A DNA stretch of 64,000 bases from Escherichia coli. Lineage in GTDB: Bacteria; Pseudomonadota; Gammaproteobacteria; Enterobacterales; Enterobacteriaceae. How positions within the stretch are numbered: position 1 is the stretch's first letter; the number at the start of each line of letters is the position of its first letter. Positions 46,460 to 56,418 of this stretch are shown here, piece after piece. Under the pieces are notes generated by a model. That model was not told where the DNA came from. It was given only the letters and a program-made list of their open reading frames with translations, and did not search any database. The stretch is taken from the NCBI RefSeq assembly GCF_051903065.1, contig NZ_CP178438.1. One strand, given 5' to 3'. The translations under genes were made by a program, and so were the position numbers.

Positions 46460-47112
46460 TGAGTAATAAATATTGCCAGGAGCTGGTGGAACTGCGGAAC
46501 AAACCAGCCCATGAACTGAAGGAAGTGGGTGATCAGTGGCGCACGCCGGACAACATTTTCTGGGGAATTAACACCCTGTTTGGCCCGTTTGTTCTGGATC
46601 TGTTCACTGACGGTGATAACGCCAAATGTGCCGCGTATTACACGGCGGAAGACAACGCGCTGGCGCATGACTGGTCAGAACGCCTTGCGGAGCTTAAAGG
46701 TGCTGCCTTTGGTAATCCTCCATACAGCCGCGCCAGTCAGCATGAGGGGCAATACATCACCGGCATGCGTTACATCATGAAACATGCCAGTGCCATGCGT
46801 GATAAGGGCGGGCGCTATGTTTTCCTGATCAAAGCTGCCACCAGCGAAGTGTGGTGGCCGGAAGATGCAGATCATATTGCTTTTATTCGCGGGCGTATTG
46901 GTTTTGAACTGCCTGTCTGGTTTATCCCGAAAGACGAGAAGCAGGTACCGACAGGAGCTTTTTTCGCTGGTGCTATTGCTGTTTTTGACAAGACCTGGAA
47001 GGGACCGGCAATCAGCTACATCGGGCGCGATGAACTTGAGGCATGTGGTGAGGCGTTTCTGGCGCAGGTTCGCCAGCAGGCGGAAAAACTGGTCAGGGAG
47101 ATGGCGGCATGA
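46459..47112 (+). CDS. Phage DNA N6-adenine methyltransferase (Dam-like)
   Basis: ORF 46426..47112; start at MSNKYCQ (GGGGG RBS); catalytic NPPY motif (FGNPPYSRA). Confidence 0.7.
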   Translation: MSNKYCQELVELRNKPAHELKEVGDQWRTPDNIFWGINTLFGPFVLDLFTDGDNAKCAAYYTAEDNALAHDWSERLAELKGAAFGNPPYSRASQHEGQYITGMRYIMKHASAMRDKGGRYVFLIKAATSEVWWPEDADHIAFIRGRIGFELPVWFIPKDEKQVPTGAFFAGAIAVFDKTWKGPAISYIGRDELEACGEAFLAQVRQQAEKLVREMAA

Positions 47113-47435
47113 CGACATTAACTCAATGCCAGCAGCAGGTGCTGGATATGCTGATTTCTTATCAGAAAGAGCGTGGCTTTCCGCCAACCAATCAGGAGGT
47201 GGCAACCATGCTGGGATACCGTTCAGTGAATGCAGCGGTGGAGCATCTTCGCGCACTGGAGAAAAAAGGCGTCATCACGATAAAGCGTGGCGTGGCCCGG
47301 GGGATAACGCTTCATACCGCGGTGAAGGACGACGACAGCGAGGCGGTCGGGATTATCCGCGCACTGCTTGCCGGTGAGGAAAACGCAAGGCTGCGTGCAA
47401 CCCACTGGTTACATGAGAGGGACCTGAAAGTATGA
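47109..47435 (+). CDS. LexA N-terminal DNA-binding-domain paralog (no S24 peptidase domain)
   Basis: 108-aa ORF MTTLTQCQQQVLDMLISYQKERGFPPTNQEVATMLGYRSVNAAVEHLRALEKKGVITIKRGVARGITL aligns by eye with host LexA residues 1-70 in this window. Confidence 0.7.
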   Translation: MTTLTQCQQQVLDMLISYQKERGFPPTNQEVATMLGYRSVNAAVEHLRALEKKGVITIKRGVARGITLHTAVKDDDSEAVGIIRALLAGEENARLRATHWLHERDLKV

Positions 47436-47821
47436 AGCTGATCCTGCCTTTTCCGCCCAGCGTGAACACGTACTGGCGACACCCCAACAAAGGGGCATTT
47501 TCTGGTAAGAGCCTGATAAGCGCGGCGGGGCGAAAATTTCAGAGCGCGGCGTGCGCAGCAATAGTTGAGCAGTTACGTCGTCTGCCAAAACCAACGTCGG
47601 CACCTGCTTCAGTGGAGATCGTGTTGTTTCCTCCGGATAACCGGATCCGCGATCTGGACAACTATAACAAGGCGCTGTTTGACGCCCTGACCCACGCGGG
47701 TGTGTGGGAAGACGACAGACAGGTGAAAAGAATGCTGGTGGAGTGGGGACCGGTTATCCCGGAAGGGAAGGTCGAGATCACTATCAGTAAGTACGAGAAA
47801 ACGGCGGGTGCAGCCGCCTGA
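47432..47821 (+). CDS. rusA: Holliday-junction resolvase RusA
   Basis: 129-aa ORF MKLILPFPPSVNTYWRH... with D-x-D-N-Y catalytic segment (RDLDNYNKALFDAL). Confidence 0.85.
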   Translation: MKLILPFPPSVNTYWRHPNKGAFSGKSLISAAGRKFQSAACAAIVEQLRRLPKPTSAPASVEIVLFPPDNRIRDLDNYNKALFDALTHAGVWEDDRQVKRMLVEWGPVIPEGKVEITISKYEKTAGAAA

Positions 47822-47840
47822 GCAAAAGGAGAAACGAAGT

Positions 47841-48650
47841 ATGAATAATCTGATGGTCATTGATGGTATTGAAGTTCGTCGTGATGCTTATGGGCGTTAC
47901 AGCCTGAACGATCTGCATCGCGCAGCAGTAGCATCTGGTGCAAATGCCAGAACCAAGGAGCCGGGAAAGTTTCTTTCCAGCCAACAAACTGTTGAGCTTG
48001 TTCATGAATTGACCAACACCCAGAATTTGGGTGTTGACCCGGTGAGTGTGATTCATGGGGGAAATGAAAGGGGAACGTATGTCTGCAAGGAACTGGTGTA
48101 TGCCTATGCAATGTGGATCAGCCCGTCATTCCATCTGAAGGTGATCCGTACTTTCGATATGGTAACCAGCGCACCGGAAAAATTATCCGGACAGGCTGCT
48201 GACAAGATGCAGGCTGGCGTGATCCTGCTGGACTTTATGCGCCGGGAGTTAAACCTGTCTAACTCTTCAGTGCTTGGTGCCTGTCAGAAACTCCAGGAGG
48301 CTGTTGGCTTACCGAATCTGGCACCGCGCTATGCCATTGATGCTCCTGCTGACGCGCCTGATGGCTCAAGCCGCCCCACGCTATCATTGAGTGCACTGCT
48401 GAAGCAGTATGGTATCCGCCTGACAGCTAATCAGGCATATCACCAGATGGCGAAGCTGGGGATCGTTGAACAACGTGAACGATACAGCCGCACTGCGATT
48501 AACAACATCAAAAAATTCTGGTCGCTGACAGCGAAAGGCTGCATGTTCGGCAAGAACATCACCAGTCCCGCAAATCCGCGCGAGACGCAGCCGCATTTCT
48601 TCGAATCCCGATTCCCTGAGCTGTTAAAGCTGCTCGATACCGTTCATTGA
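47841..48650 (+). CDS. KilA-N domain protein (antirepressor-like)
   Basis: ORF 47808..48650; start at MNNLMVIDGIEV (AAGGAG RBS); KilA-N-like N-terminus. Confidence 0.55.
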   Translation: MNNLMVIDGIEVRRDAYGRYSLNDLHRAAVASGANARTKEPGKFLSSQQTVELVHELTNTQNLGVDPVSVIHGGNERGTYVCKELVYAYAMWISPSFHLKVIRTFDMVTSAPEKLSGQAADKMQAGVILLDFMRRELNLSNSSVLGACQKLQEAVGLPNLAPRYAIDAPADAPDGSSRPTLSLSALLKQYGIRLTANQAYHQMAKLGIVEQRERYSRTAINNIKKFWSLTAKGCMFGKNITSPANPRETQPHFFESRFPELLKLLDTVH

Positions 48651-48651
48651 G

Positions 48652-49647
48652 GTGACCGTGAGAGCACTACTGACTCCTGAAATTGCCCCGCGTATGGGGA
48701 TCGTATTGTTCAGGCCAGGTTCAGAGCTGATGCCCCTGTTTATGCAGGGGCGTGTCCTGTTGGAGCCTGAGCCGGAACGTTATTCATCTTTTGCCAGTGG
48801 TGCCGTTCCGGCGGTATCACAACCGCTGGCGGATGATCCTGCCGTTCGGGGCGTGTTCCGCAATGAGGCAGTGATCCGTCGTGCTGGTGGCGTGGAATGT
48901 CTTGAAAGCTGGTTACTTCGTGAAAAGGGCTGTCAGTGGCCTCATTCCGACTGGCACAGCGAGAACATGACCACAATGCGGCACGCGCCGGGCGCAATCC
49001 GTCTGTGCTGGCACTGCGATAACCAGCTGCGCGATCAGTTCACGGAACGGCTGGAATCAATGGCAACGGATAACTGTGCCCGCTGGGTATTGTCTGTTGT
49101 GCGTCGGGATCTCGGTTTTGATGATAGTCACGTTGTGACAATGCCGGAACTGTGCTGGTGGCTGGTTCGTAATGACCTGGCGGATGCCTTACCGGAAAGT
49201 GCAGCCCGTAAGGCACTGAGATTACCGAAGCCTGTTGTGCCGTCTGTCACCCGGGAAAGTGACCTTGTGCCTTCGGTTCCTGCCACCAGCATCATCCAGG
49301 ATAAGGCGAAAAAGGTGCTGGCGCTGAAAGTGGATCCGGAGTCGCCGGAGTCTTTTATGTTACGCCCAAAACGTCGCCGCTGGGTTAATGAAAAGTACAC
49401 GCGCTGGGTTAAGACACAGCCGTGTGCATGTTGTGGAAAGCCCGCTGATGATCCCCACCACCTGATAGGCCACGGTCAGGGGGGAATGGGTACAAAAGCG
49501 CATGACCTCTTTGTGTTGCCTTTGTGCAGAAAGCATCACGACGAGCTGCATGCGGATACCGTGGCATTTGAAGAGAAGTATGGCTCCCAGTTGGAGCTGA
49601 TATTTCGTTTTATCGATCGTGCGCTGGCAATAGGCGTACTGGCGTAA
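48652..49647 (+). CDS. DUF968-family phage protein
   Basis: 331-aa ORF with C-terminal CACCGKPADDPHHLIGHGQGGMGTKAHD...PLCRKHHDELH; start uncertain. Confidence 0.55.
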   Translation: MTVRALLTPEIAPRMGIVLFRPGSELMPLFMQGRVLLEPEPERYSSFASGAVPAVSQPLADDPAVRGVFRNEAVIRRAGGVECLESWLLREKGCQWPHSDWHSENMTTMRHAPGAIRLCWHCDNQLRDQFTERLESMATDNCARWVLSVVRRDLGFDDSHVVTMPELCWWLVRNDLADALPESAARKALRLPKPVVPSVTRESDLVPSVPATSIIQDKAKKVLALKVDPESPESFMLRPKRRRWVNEKYTRWVKTQPCACCGKPADDPHHLIGHGQGGMGTKAHDLFVLPLCRKHHDELHADTVAFEEKYGSQLELIFRFIDRALAIGVLA

Positions 49648-49660
49648 GTGGAGAACGAGC

Positions 49661-50413
49661 ATGAACCTTGAAGCCTTACCAAAATATTACTCCCCAAAAT
49701 CTCCCAAATTGAGCGATGAGGCACCGGCGACAGGCTCGAGTGGTTTAACGATTACGGATGTGATGGCTGCGCAGGGGATGGTGCAGTCGAAAGCACCGCT
49801 TGGGTTTGCCTTATTTCTGGCAAAAGTTGGTGTTCAGGATCCTCAGTTTGCGATTGAAGGTCTGCTCAATTACGCGATGGCACTGGATAACCCGACATTG
49901 AACAAATTGAGTGAAGAAACCCGGTTACAGATCATCCCTTACCTTGTGAATTTTGCCTTTGCTGATTATTCCAGGTCTGCTGCAAGTAAGGCTCGCTGTG
50001 AGCATTGTGCTGGTACTGGATTTCATAATGTATTGCGCGAAGTGGTGAAACACTCCAGAAGCGGGGAATCTGTTATCAAGGAAGAGTGGGTGAAGGAACT
50101 ATGTCAGCATTGTTATGGTAAGGGAGAGGTCAGCACAGCGTGTAGAGGGTGTAAGGGGAAAGGTATTGTACTGGATGAAAAAAGAACCCGGCTTCATGGT
50201 GCGCCTGTTTATAAGGTTTGTGGGCGTTGCAATGGAAACCGGTTTAGCCGTTTACCAACCACACTGGCGCGGCATCATGTCCAGAAGCTGGTACCGGATC
50301 TGACGGATTATCAGTGGTACAAAGGATATGCAGATGTCATTGATAAACTGGTTACAAAGTGCTGGCAGGAAGAAGCATATGCAGAGACACAATTGAGAAA
50401 AGTGACAAGATAA
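49661..50413 (+). CDS. Late-gene antiterminator Q-like protein
   Basis: 250-aa ORF with zinc-binding cysteine pairs (CEHCAGTG, CQHCYGKG, CRGCKGKG, CGRCNG); immediately upstream of candidate late promoter and terminator. Confidence 0.65.
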   Translation: MNLEALPKYYSPKSPKLSDEAPATGSSGLTITDVMAAQGMVQSKAPLGFALFLAKVGVQDPQFAIEGLLNYAMALDNPTLNKLSEETRLQIIPYLVNFAFADYSRSAASKARCEHCAGTGFHNVLREVVKHSRSGESVIKEEWVKELCQHCYGKGEVSTACRGCKGKGIVLDEKRTRLHGAPVYKVCGRCNGNRFSRLPTTLARHHVQKLVPDLTDYQWYKGYADVIDKLVTKCWQEEAYAETQLRKVTR

Positions 50414-50446
50414 ATGATTTTCGCCGAAGATGGCGACATGATGCTT

Positions 50447-50476
50447 GCATTTTTCAAAAAATATGGATAAGATTTT
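50447..50476 (+). promoter_or_regulatory. Candidate late promoter (PR'-like)
   Basis: TTGCAT, 17-bp spacer, TAAGAT. Confidence 0.45.
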
Positions 50477-50520
50477 CCCAACGATGGGCTTTGTATGTCT
50501 ACCGTTGATAAGATTTAAGA

Positions 50521-50550
50521 ACCCGCCACTGAGCGGGTTTTTTGTACCTG
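50521..50550 (+). terminator. Rho-independent terminator (tR'-like)
   Basis: aacccgccactgagcgggttttttg. Confidence 0.7.
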
Positions 50551-50665
50551 TAAACTTGGTGCAGTACAGTAAACACGCTGGTGGTCGTGAATACTGACTT
50601 TTTATCTTGCTGGATTTTTAGACAAGAGTTATTGGTATGTCATGTTAACCAGAAGGGAAAAAGAC

Positions 50666-50869
50666 ATGCTAAAACAGCAAGATATGACAGAAACCGCCGC
50701 CGCAGTCCTTCATTTCTTACCTGCTGACAAGTGGGTAACGCCACGCATGATGACGAGAACTACCGGAGTAAGCGAAGCCCGGTGCCAGTTAATACTGACT
50801 CAGTTAGTTCTGGCGGGTCTGGCGAAGGATAACGGCGGGTACGGGAATAAATTCAGACGCTGCCAGTAA
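50666..50869 (+). CDS. Small hypothetical protein, possible winged-helix
   Basis: ORF 50642..50869; likely start at second ATG (MLKQQDMTETAAAV...). Confidence 0.35.
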   Translation: MLKQQDMTETAAAVLHFLPADKWVTPRMMTRTTGVSEARCQLILTQLVLAGLAKDNGGYGNKFRRCQ

Positions 50870-51019
50870 TGGCGGTTTCCTGCTGTGAAAATGGGCGGCT
50901 GGTGGGTGTTGGTAGCACCTGCCAGCCATTCGCTCATGCTTACTGGTCACAAGCGAACCACGGCCCACTGCTTTAGCGCAAAAGCAGAGTGAGCCTACCA
51001 GAGTTACGCTTACTGATCC

Positions 51020-52072
51020 ATGAAAAATACTGTAAAAATAAACAGTGTTGATTTAATCAACGCTGATTGCCTGCATTTTATTCAGTCCCTGCCTGATGAT
51101 TCCATTGACCTGATTGTTACCGATCCGCCTTACTTCAAGGTGAAACCTAACGGTTGGGACAATCAGTGGAAAGGGGACGAAGATTACCTTAAGTGGCTGG
51201 ACCACTGTCTGGCCCAGTTCTGGCGGGTGTTGAAACCTGCCGGAAGCCTTTACCTGTTCTGTGGGCATCGCCTGGCATCTGATATTGAGATCATGATGCG
51301 TGAACGTTTCAACGTGCTTAACCATATCATCTGGGCGAAGCCGTCCGGACGTTGGAATGGGTGTAATAAAGAAAGTCTGCGCGCATATTTTCCTGCCACA
51401 GAGCGCGTTCTGTTTGCTGAACATTACCAGGGGCCATATCGCGGCAAAAGTGACGGCTATGCGGCAAAAGAAAGGGAACTCAAACAGCACATAATGGCAC
51501 CGCTGATATCGTATTTCAGGGATGCTCGTGCCGAACTGGGTATAACGGCAAAACAAATTGCCGAAGCCACAGGTAAGAAAAATATGGTTTCCCACTGGTT
51601 TGGTGCCAGTCAGTGGCAGTTGCCGAATGAGGCTGACTATCGGAAGTTACAGGCACTGTTTTCCCGTATAGCGGCAGAGAAGTTTCAGGAACAACAACTG
51701 GAACAACCACACCACCAGCTGGTGGCATCTTATGATTCACTGAATCGCAAATATTCTGAATTGCTGGATGAGTTTAAATCTCTCCGGCGCTATTTCTCCG
51801 TATCAGTCTCCGTGCCTTATACCGATGTCTGGACGCATAAGCCCGTTCAGTTCTACCCGGGTAAACATCCGTGCGAGAAACCGACGGATATGCTCCGGCA
51901 AATAATCAATGCCAGTAGTCGACCTGGTGATCTGGTTGCTGATTTCTTTATGGGATCCGGTTCCACAATAAAAGCAGCAATGGCGCTGGGGCGTCGGGCG
52001 TTAGGTGTTGAACTTGAGTCAGAGCGGTTTAATCAGACGGTGAAAGAGGTAAGTGAACTGGTGGGGAAATAA
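51020..52072 (+). CDS. Orphan DNA methyltransferase (N6/N4 class, DPPY motif)
   Basis: 350-aa ORF with DPPYF catalytic motif and C-terminal SAM-binding segment FFMGSGSTI. Confidence 0.75.
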   Translation: MKNTVKINSVDLINADCLHFIQSLPDDSIDLIVTDPPYFKVKPNGWDNQWKGDEDYLKWLDHCLAQFWRVLKPAGSLYLFCGHRLASDIEIMMRERFNVLNHIIWAKPSGRWNGCNKESLRAYFPATERVLFAEHYQGPYRGKSDGYAAKERELKQHIMAPLISYFRDARAELGITAKQIAEATGKKNMVSHWFGASQWQLPNEADYRKLQALFSRIAAEKFQEQQLEQPHHQLVASYDSLNRKYSELLDEFKSLRRYFSVSVSVPYTDVWTHKPVQFYPGKHPCEKPTDMLRQIINASSRPGDLVADFFMGSGSTIKAAMALGRRALGVELESERFNQTVKEVSELVGK

Positions 52073-52077
52073 TTCTG

Positions 52078-52102
52078 GTGGCCACGTTGCGTGGCCTTTT
52101 TA
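52078..52102 (+). terminator. Hairpin terminator after methyltransferase gene
   Basis: ggccacgttgcgtggcc followed by TTTTTATTT. Confidence 0.55.
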
Positions 52103-52148
52103 TTTCCAACACAGCACCCGCAAATATCGCGAGGTGAGAGATGACGAA

Positions 52149-52484
52149 ATGCCTCATAACCCAAATACCTGGCCGGACTGGCTGGAGTTGTTTCAGAGCT
52201 GGTGGCGTGGAGACACACCGCTGGGTGCAGTGATTATGTCGATCGTTATGGCTGGTTTGCGCATCGCCTATTTTGGCGGTGGTGGTGGCTGGAAGCGAAA
52301 AACGCTCGAGATTTTGCTCTGTGGCGCTCTGACGCTGACCTTTGCATCCGCTCTTGAATATGTCGGATGGCCTAAATCGCTTTCTGTTGCCATTGGTGGT
52401 GGCGTGGGGCTGATCGGTGTCGATGCTATTCGTGGGGCTGCAATGCGAGTAATCGGTAACAAATTTGGTAGCTCGAAGGAGTAA
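52149..52484 (+). CDS. Putative holin
   Basis: ORF 52053..52484; start at MPHNPNTWPDW; hydrophobic segments; directly upstream of endolysin. Confidence 0.5.
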   Translation: MPHNPNTWPDWLELFQSWWRGDTPLGAVIMSIVMAGLRIAYFGGGGGWKRKTLEILLCGALTLTFASALEYVGWPKSLSVAIGGGVGLIGVDAIRGAAMRVIGNKFGSSKE

Positions 52485-52487
52485 TTT

Positions 52488-52964
52488 ATGCAGGCACTAA
52501 ATTCCCAGCGTAAAGCTTTCCTGGATATGGTGGCATGGTCAGAAGGAACGGATAACGGGCGACAACCGACACGTAACCACGGTTATGATGTTATTGTTGG
52601 TGGCGAACTGTTCACTGATTACTCCGATCACCCTCGCAAACTTGTCACGCTAAACCCAAAACTCAAATCAACAGCCGCCGGACGTTACCAGCTTCTTTCC
52701 CGTTGGTGGGATGCCTATCGTAAGCAGCTTGGCCTGAAAGACTTCTCTCCGAAAAGCCAGGACGCTGTGGCATTGCAGCAGATTAAGGAGCGTGGCGCTT
52801 TACCGATGATTGATCGCGGTGATATCCGTCAGGCTATCGATCGTTGCAGCAATATCTGGGCGTCGTTACCTGGTGCAGGTTATGGTCAGTATGAACATAA
52901 AATCAGTGATCTGATTTCCCGGTTTAAAGAGGCTGGTGGGGTGGTAAATGAAGTTGAGCTATAA
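52488..52964 (+). CDS. R: Endolysin, lambda R-type lytic transglycosylase
   Basis: 158-aa ORF ...QRKAFLDMVAWSEGTDNGRQPTRNHGYDVIVGGELFTDYSDHPRKLV... closely resembles lambda R from memory. Confidence 0.9.
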   Translation: MQALNSQRKAFLDMVAWSEGTDNGRQPTRNHGYDVIVGGELFTDYSDHPRKLVTLNPKLKSTAAGRYQLLSRWWDAYRKQLGLKDFSPKSQDAVALQQIKERGALPMIDRGDIRQAIDRCSNIWASLPGAGYGQYEHKISDLISRFKEAGGVVNEVEL

Positions 52965-53340
52965 GCTGGTTATCGCTGCATTCTTCTTTACTGTCATCGG
53001 TTCTTTCATCTGGTCTGCCAACCACTACTACAGCAAATATCAGCACGAAAAGAAACGTGCTGATGAGGCTGTACAAAATGCCAAATCGGCAACTGTCATT
53101 ACCAATAACGTCCTGCAATCACTGCAAATCGTCAATACAGTTCTGGAGGCTAACCAGCATGCAAAACAGCAGATCACACTGGAGTCACAGAGAACCCAGG
53201 AAGATATCAAAGTGGCTGTTGCGGATGATGATTGTGCTTCACGTCCTGTGCCTGCTGCCGCTGCTGACCGGTTGCGGAAGTACGCGAACAGTTTACGTAC
53301 CGATTCCGGCGGTACCGTTGCCAGCAAGCCTGACTACTGA
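52948..53340 (+). CDS. i-spanin (Rz-like)
   Basis: 130-aa ORF with N-terminal TM segment and coiled-coil-like body; after endolysin. Confidence 0.65.
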   Translation: MKLSYKLVIAAFFFTVIGSFIWSANHYYSKYQHEKKRADEAVQNAKSATVITNNVLQSLQIVNTVLEANQHAKQQITLESQRTQEDIKVAVADDDCASRPVPAAAADRLRKYANSLRTDSGGTVASKPDY

Positions 53341-53497
53341 AACTCCCCAGCCAGTCATTCCCGAGCCGCTGACCTATGGGGCCAGTCTGGATCTGAATGT
53401 GAGCCTGCTTTCGGCGTTGGGACAATGCAATATTGACAAAGCGGGGATTCGAAGTATCGAGATGCGCCGTAACGCTTTGCTGGCAGCAGGCAAATAG
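53225..53497 (+). CDS. o-spanin (Rz1-like lipoprotein) in alternative frame, overlapping and extending past Rz
   Basis: ATG at 53225; MMIVLHVLCLLPLLTGCGS lipobox; Pro-rich body. Confidence 0.6.
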   Translation: MMIVLHVLCLLPLLTGCGSTRTVYVPIPAVPLPASLTTETPQPVIPEPLTYGASLDLNVSLLSALGQCNIDKAGIRSIEMRRNALLAAGK

Positions 53498-53523
53498 TCC
53501 GGACAAAGAACAGGAATATATTT

Positions 53524-53874
53524 ATGCCCCCTCGAACTCCAAAAGCCTGCCGCGTTCGCGGCTGCCGTAATACCACGACAGACCCGTCAGGCTACTGCGA
53601 AAGCCACAAAAGCGAAGGCTGGAAGCAATACAAGTCAGGACAATCCCGTCATCAGCGCGGTTATGGTTCTAAGTGGGATGTTATCCGTGTGCGTGTGCTG
53701 CAACGTGACAAAGGCCTGTGTCAGTTATGTCTGCGTGCCGGTGTGGCGCGTGAAGCGAAAACCGTTGACCACATCATCCCTAAAGCACATGGCGGCACTG
53801 ATGCCGACAGTAATCTGCAGAGTCTGTGCTGGCCGTGTCATAAGGCGAAGACGGCCCGTGAACGGCTTAAGTGA
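53524..53874 (+). CDS. HNH endonuclease (terminase-associated)
   Basis: 116-aa ORF with HNH zinc motif CQLCLRAG...DHIIPKAHGG...NLQSLCWPCH. Confidence 0.8.
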   Translation: MPPRTPKACRVRGCRNTTTDPSGYCESHKSEGWKQYKSGQSRHQRGYGSKWDVIRVRVLQRDKGLCQLCLRAGVAREAKTVDHIIPKAHGGTDADSNLQSLCWPCHKAKTARERLK

Positions 53875-53999
53875 TAATAACTCTCAACTGTCTGAGGGGA
53901 GGGGCGGGTCAAATCTCTGTGACCTGACGTCTTCCGGACTGCCCGCCCCATCGTTTTTTTATACCCGCGAAAAATGAAATTTAACCAGGAGTGCCGCAT

Positions 54000-54494
54000 A
54001 TGGCTGGAACGGCGGGGCGTTCCGGGCGTCGCCCCAAGCCAACGGCGCGCAAGGCGCTGGCCGGAAACCCCGGCAAGCGAGCCCTGAACAAAGATGAACC
54101 TGTTTTTACGCCCATCAAAGGGGTTGAGCCACCGGAGTGGTTCGCAGAAGAAGATCTCCCTCTCGCTACGATCATGTGGCAACTGACAACTAAAGAACTC
54201 TGCGGTCAGGGTCTGCTGTGCGTGACTGACCTCGCGGTGCTTGAGCGGTGGTGCGTGGCCTACGAGTTCTGGCGACGTGCCGTGAAAAATATTGCCAGAC
54301 AGGGCAACACCATCACCGGTGCAATGGGCGGTATGGTCAAAAATCCGGAGCTGACCGCCAAAAAAGAACAGGAGTCCGAGATGAGCAGTACGGGGGCAAT
54401 GCTCGGACTCGACCCCAGCAGCCGCCAGCGTCTGATTGGCCTGGCGGGGCAGAAGAAAGCCACTAACCCGTTTCTGAAAATCATCGAATCATGA
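54000..54494 (+). CDS. Terminase small subunit
   Basis: ORF 53991..54494; start at [14 protein letters not shown] (AGGAG RBS); immediately upstream of large terminase. Confidence 0.7.
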   Translation: MAGTAGRSGRRPKPTARKALAGNPGKRALNKDEPVFTPIKGVEPPEWFAEEDLPLATIMWQLTTKELCGQGLLCVTDLAVLERWCVAYEFWRRAVKNIARQGNTITGAMGGMVKNPELTAKKEQESEMSSTGAMLGLDPSSRQRLIGLAGQKKATNPFLKIIES

Positions 54495-56224
54495 GCCGGA
54501 AATCTTACCCCAACGTAAATGCTGCCAATCAGTATGCCCGTGATGTCGTGCGCGGAAAGATTGTGGCCTGCCAGTTTGTGATTCAGGCCTGCCAGCGCCA
54601 TCTTGATGACCTGATGGAGGAAAAAAGTAAGTCGTTTCGTTACCGCTTCGACAAGGACCTGGCTGAACGGGCCGCGAAATTTATTCAGCTGTTGCCGCAC
54701 ACCAAGGGTGAGTGGGCATTTAAACGGATGCCCATCACGCTGGAGCCGTGGCAGCTATTTGTGATCTGCTGTGCGTTTGGCTGGGTCAATAAAGGCACCC
54801 GGTTGCGCCGCTTCCGGGAGGTGTATACCGAAATTCCCCGTAAGAACGGCAAATCGGCAATCTCTGCCGGTGTTGCCCTGTATTGTTTTGCCTGTGATAA
54901 CGAGTTCGGCGCGGAAGTGTATTCCGGTGCCACGACGGAGAAACAGGCATGGGAAGTCTTTCGTCCGGCACGACTGATGTGTAAACGCACACCCATGCTG
55001 ACGGAAGCGTTCGGGATTGAGGTTAACGCCTCAAACATGAACCGTCCGGAGGATGGTGCGCGGTTTGAACCGCTGATCGGTAACCCCGGTGATGGTTCAT
55101 CACCCCACTGTGCCGTGGTGGATGAATATCACGAGCACGCCACAGATGCGCTTTACACCACGATGCTTACCGGGATGGGGGCGCGACGCCAGCCACTGAT
55201 GTGGGCCATTACCACCGCCGGGTACAACATTGAGGGGCCGTGCTACGACAAACGGCGGGAAGTCATCGAGATGCTCAACGGCTCGGTGCCCAACGATGAA
55301 CTGTTCGGGATCATCTATACCGTTGACGAAGGCGACGACTGGACCGACCCGCAGGTACTTGAAAAAGCTAACCCGAATATCGGTGTGTCGGTTTATCGCG
55401 AGTTTTTGTTAAGCCAGCAGCAACGTGCGAAAAATAACGCCCGTCTGGCAAACGTCTTTAAAACAAAACACCTCAATATCTGGGTGTCGGCGCGTTCGGC
55501 GTATTTCAACCTGGTGAGCTGGCAGAGCTGCGAGAATAAATCACTGACCCTTGAGCAGTTTGAGGGGCAGCCGTGCATTCTGGCCTTTGACCTGGCGCGT
55601 AAGCTGGATATGAACAGTATGGCGCGACTTTATACCCGCGAGATTGACGGTAAAACGCATTACTACAGTGTGGCTCCGCGCTTCTGGGTACCGTATGACA
55701 CGGTGTACAGCGTCGAGAAAAATGAAGATCGCCGGACAGCCGAACGCTTTCAGAAATGGGTGGAAATGGGCGTTCTGACCGTTACCGATGGTGCGGAGGT
55801 GGATTATCGCTACATCCTCGAGGAGGCCAAAGCGGCGAACAAAATCAGCCCGGTCAGTGAGTCACCCATCGACCCCTTCGGGGCGACCGGGCTGTCGCAT
55901 GACCTTGCGGATGAAGACCTGAACCCCATCACCATCATTCAGAACTACACCAACATGTCCGACCCGATGAAAGAGCTGGAAGCGGCAATTGAATCGGGGC
56001 GTTTTCATCATGACGGCAATCCCATCATGACCTGGTGTATCGGCAACGTGGTCGGCAAAACCATTCCGGGTAACGATGATGTGGTGAAGCCCGTCAAGGA
56101 GCAGGCGGAAAACAAAATTGATGGTGCAGTTGCGCTGATTATGGCGGTTGGCAGAGCCATGCTGTACGAGAAAGAAGACACGCTGTCTGATCACATTGAG
56201 TCCTACGGGATCCGCTCGCTTTAA
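54491..56224 (+). CDS. Terminase large subunit
   Basis: 577-aa ORF with Walker-A-like IPRKNGKSA and nuclease-domain acidic residues. Confidence 0.85.
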   Translation: MSRKSYPNVNAANQYARDVVRGKIVACQFVIQACQRHLDDLMEEKSKSFRYRFDKDLAERAAKFIQLLPHTKGEWAFKRMPITLEPWQLFVICCAFGWVNKGTRLRRFREVYTEIPRKNGKSAISAGVALYCFACDNEFGAEVYSGATTEKQAWEVFRPARLMCKRTPMLTEAFGIEVNASNMNRPEDGARFEPLIGNPGDGSSPHCAVVDEYHEHATDALYTTMLTGMGARRQPLMWAITTAGYNIEGPCYDKRREVIEMLNGSVPNDELFGIIYTVDEGDDWTDPQVLEKANPNIGVSVYREFLLSQQQRAKNNARLANVFKTKHLNIWVSARSAYFNLVSWQSCENKSLTLEQFEGQPCILAFDLARKLDMNSMARLYTREIDGKTHYYSVAPRFWVPYDTVYSVEKNEDRRTAERFQKWVEMGVLTVTDGAEVDYRYILEEAKAANKISPVSESPIDPFGATGLSHDLADEDLNPITIIQNYTNMSDPMKELEAAIESGRFHHDGNPIMTWCIGNVVGKTIPGNDDVVKPVKEQAENKIDGAVALIMAVGRAMLYEKEDTLSDHIESYGIRSL

Positions 56225-56235
56225 CTGAGGTAATT

Positions 56236-56418
56236 ATGATCATGCTGATTCTCGCGCCTCTGGTGGGCGTGCTGGGTGCGCTTTTGCTGGCGTATGGTGC
56301 CTGGCTGATTTATCCCCCGGCTGGGTTTGTTGTTGCCGGGGCGCTGTGCCTGTTCTGGTCGTGGCTGGTGGCGCGATATCTCGACCGTACACAGCCGTCT
56401 GTCGGCGGAGGTAAATAG
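56236..56418 (+). CDS. Small hydrophobic protein (60 aa)
   Basis: ORF from track; two predicted TM segments. Confidence 0.3.
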   Translation: MIMLILAPLVGVLGALLLAYGAWLIYPPAGFVVAGALCLFWSWLVARYLDRTQPSVGGGK

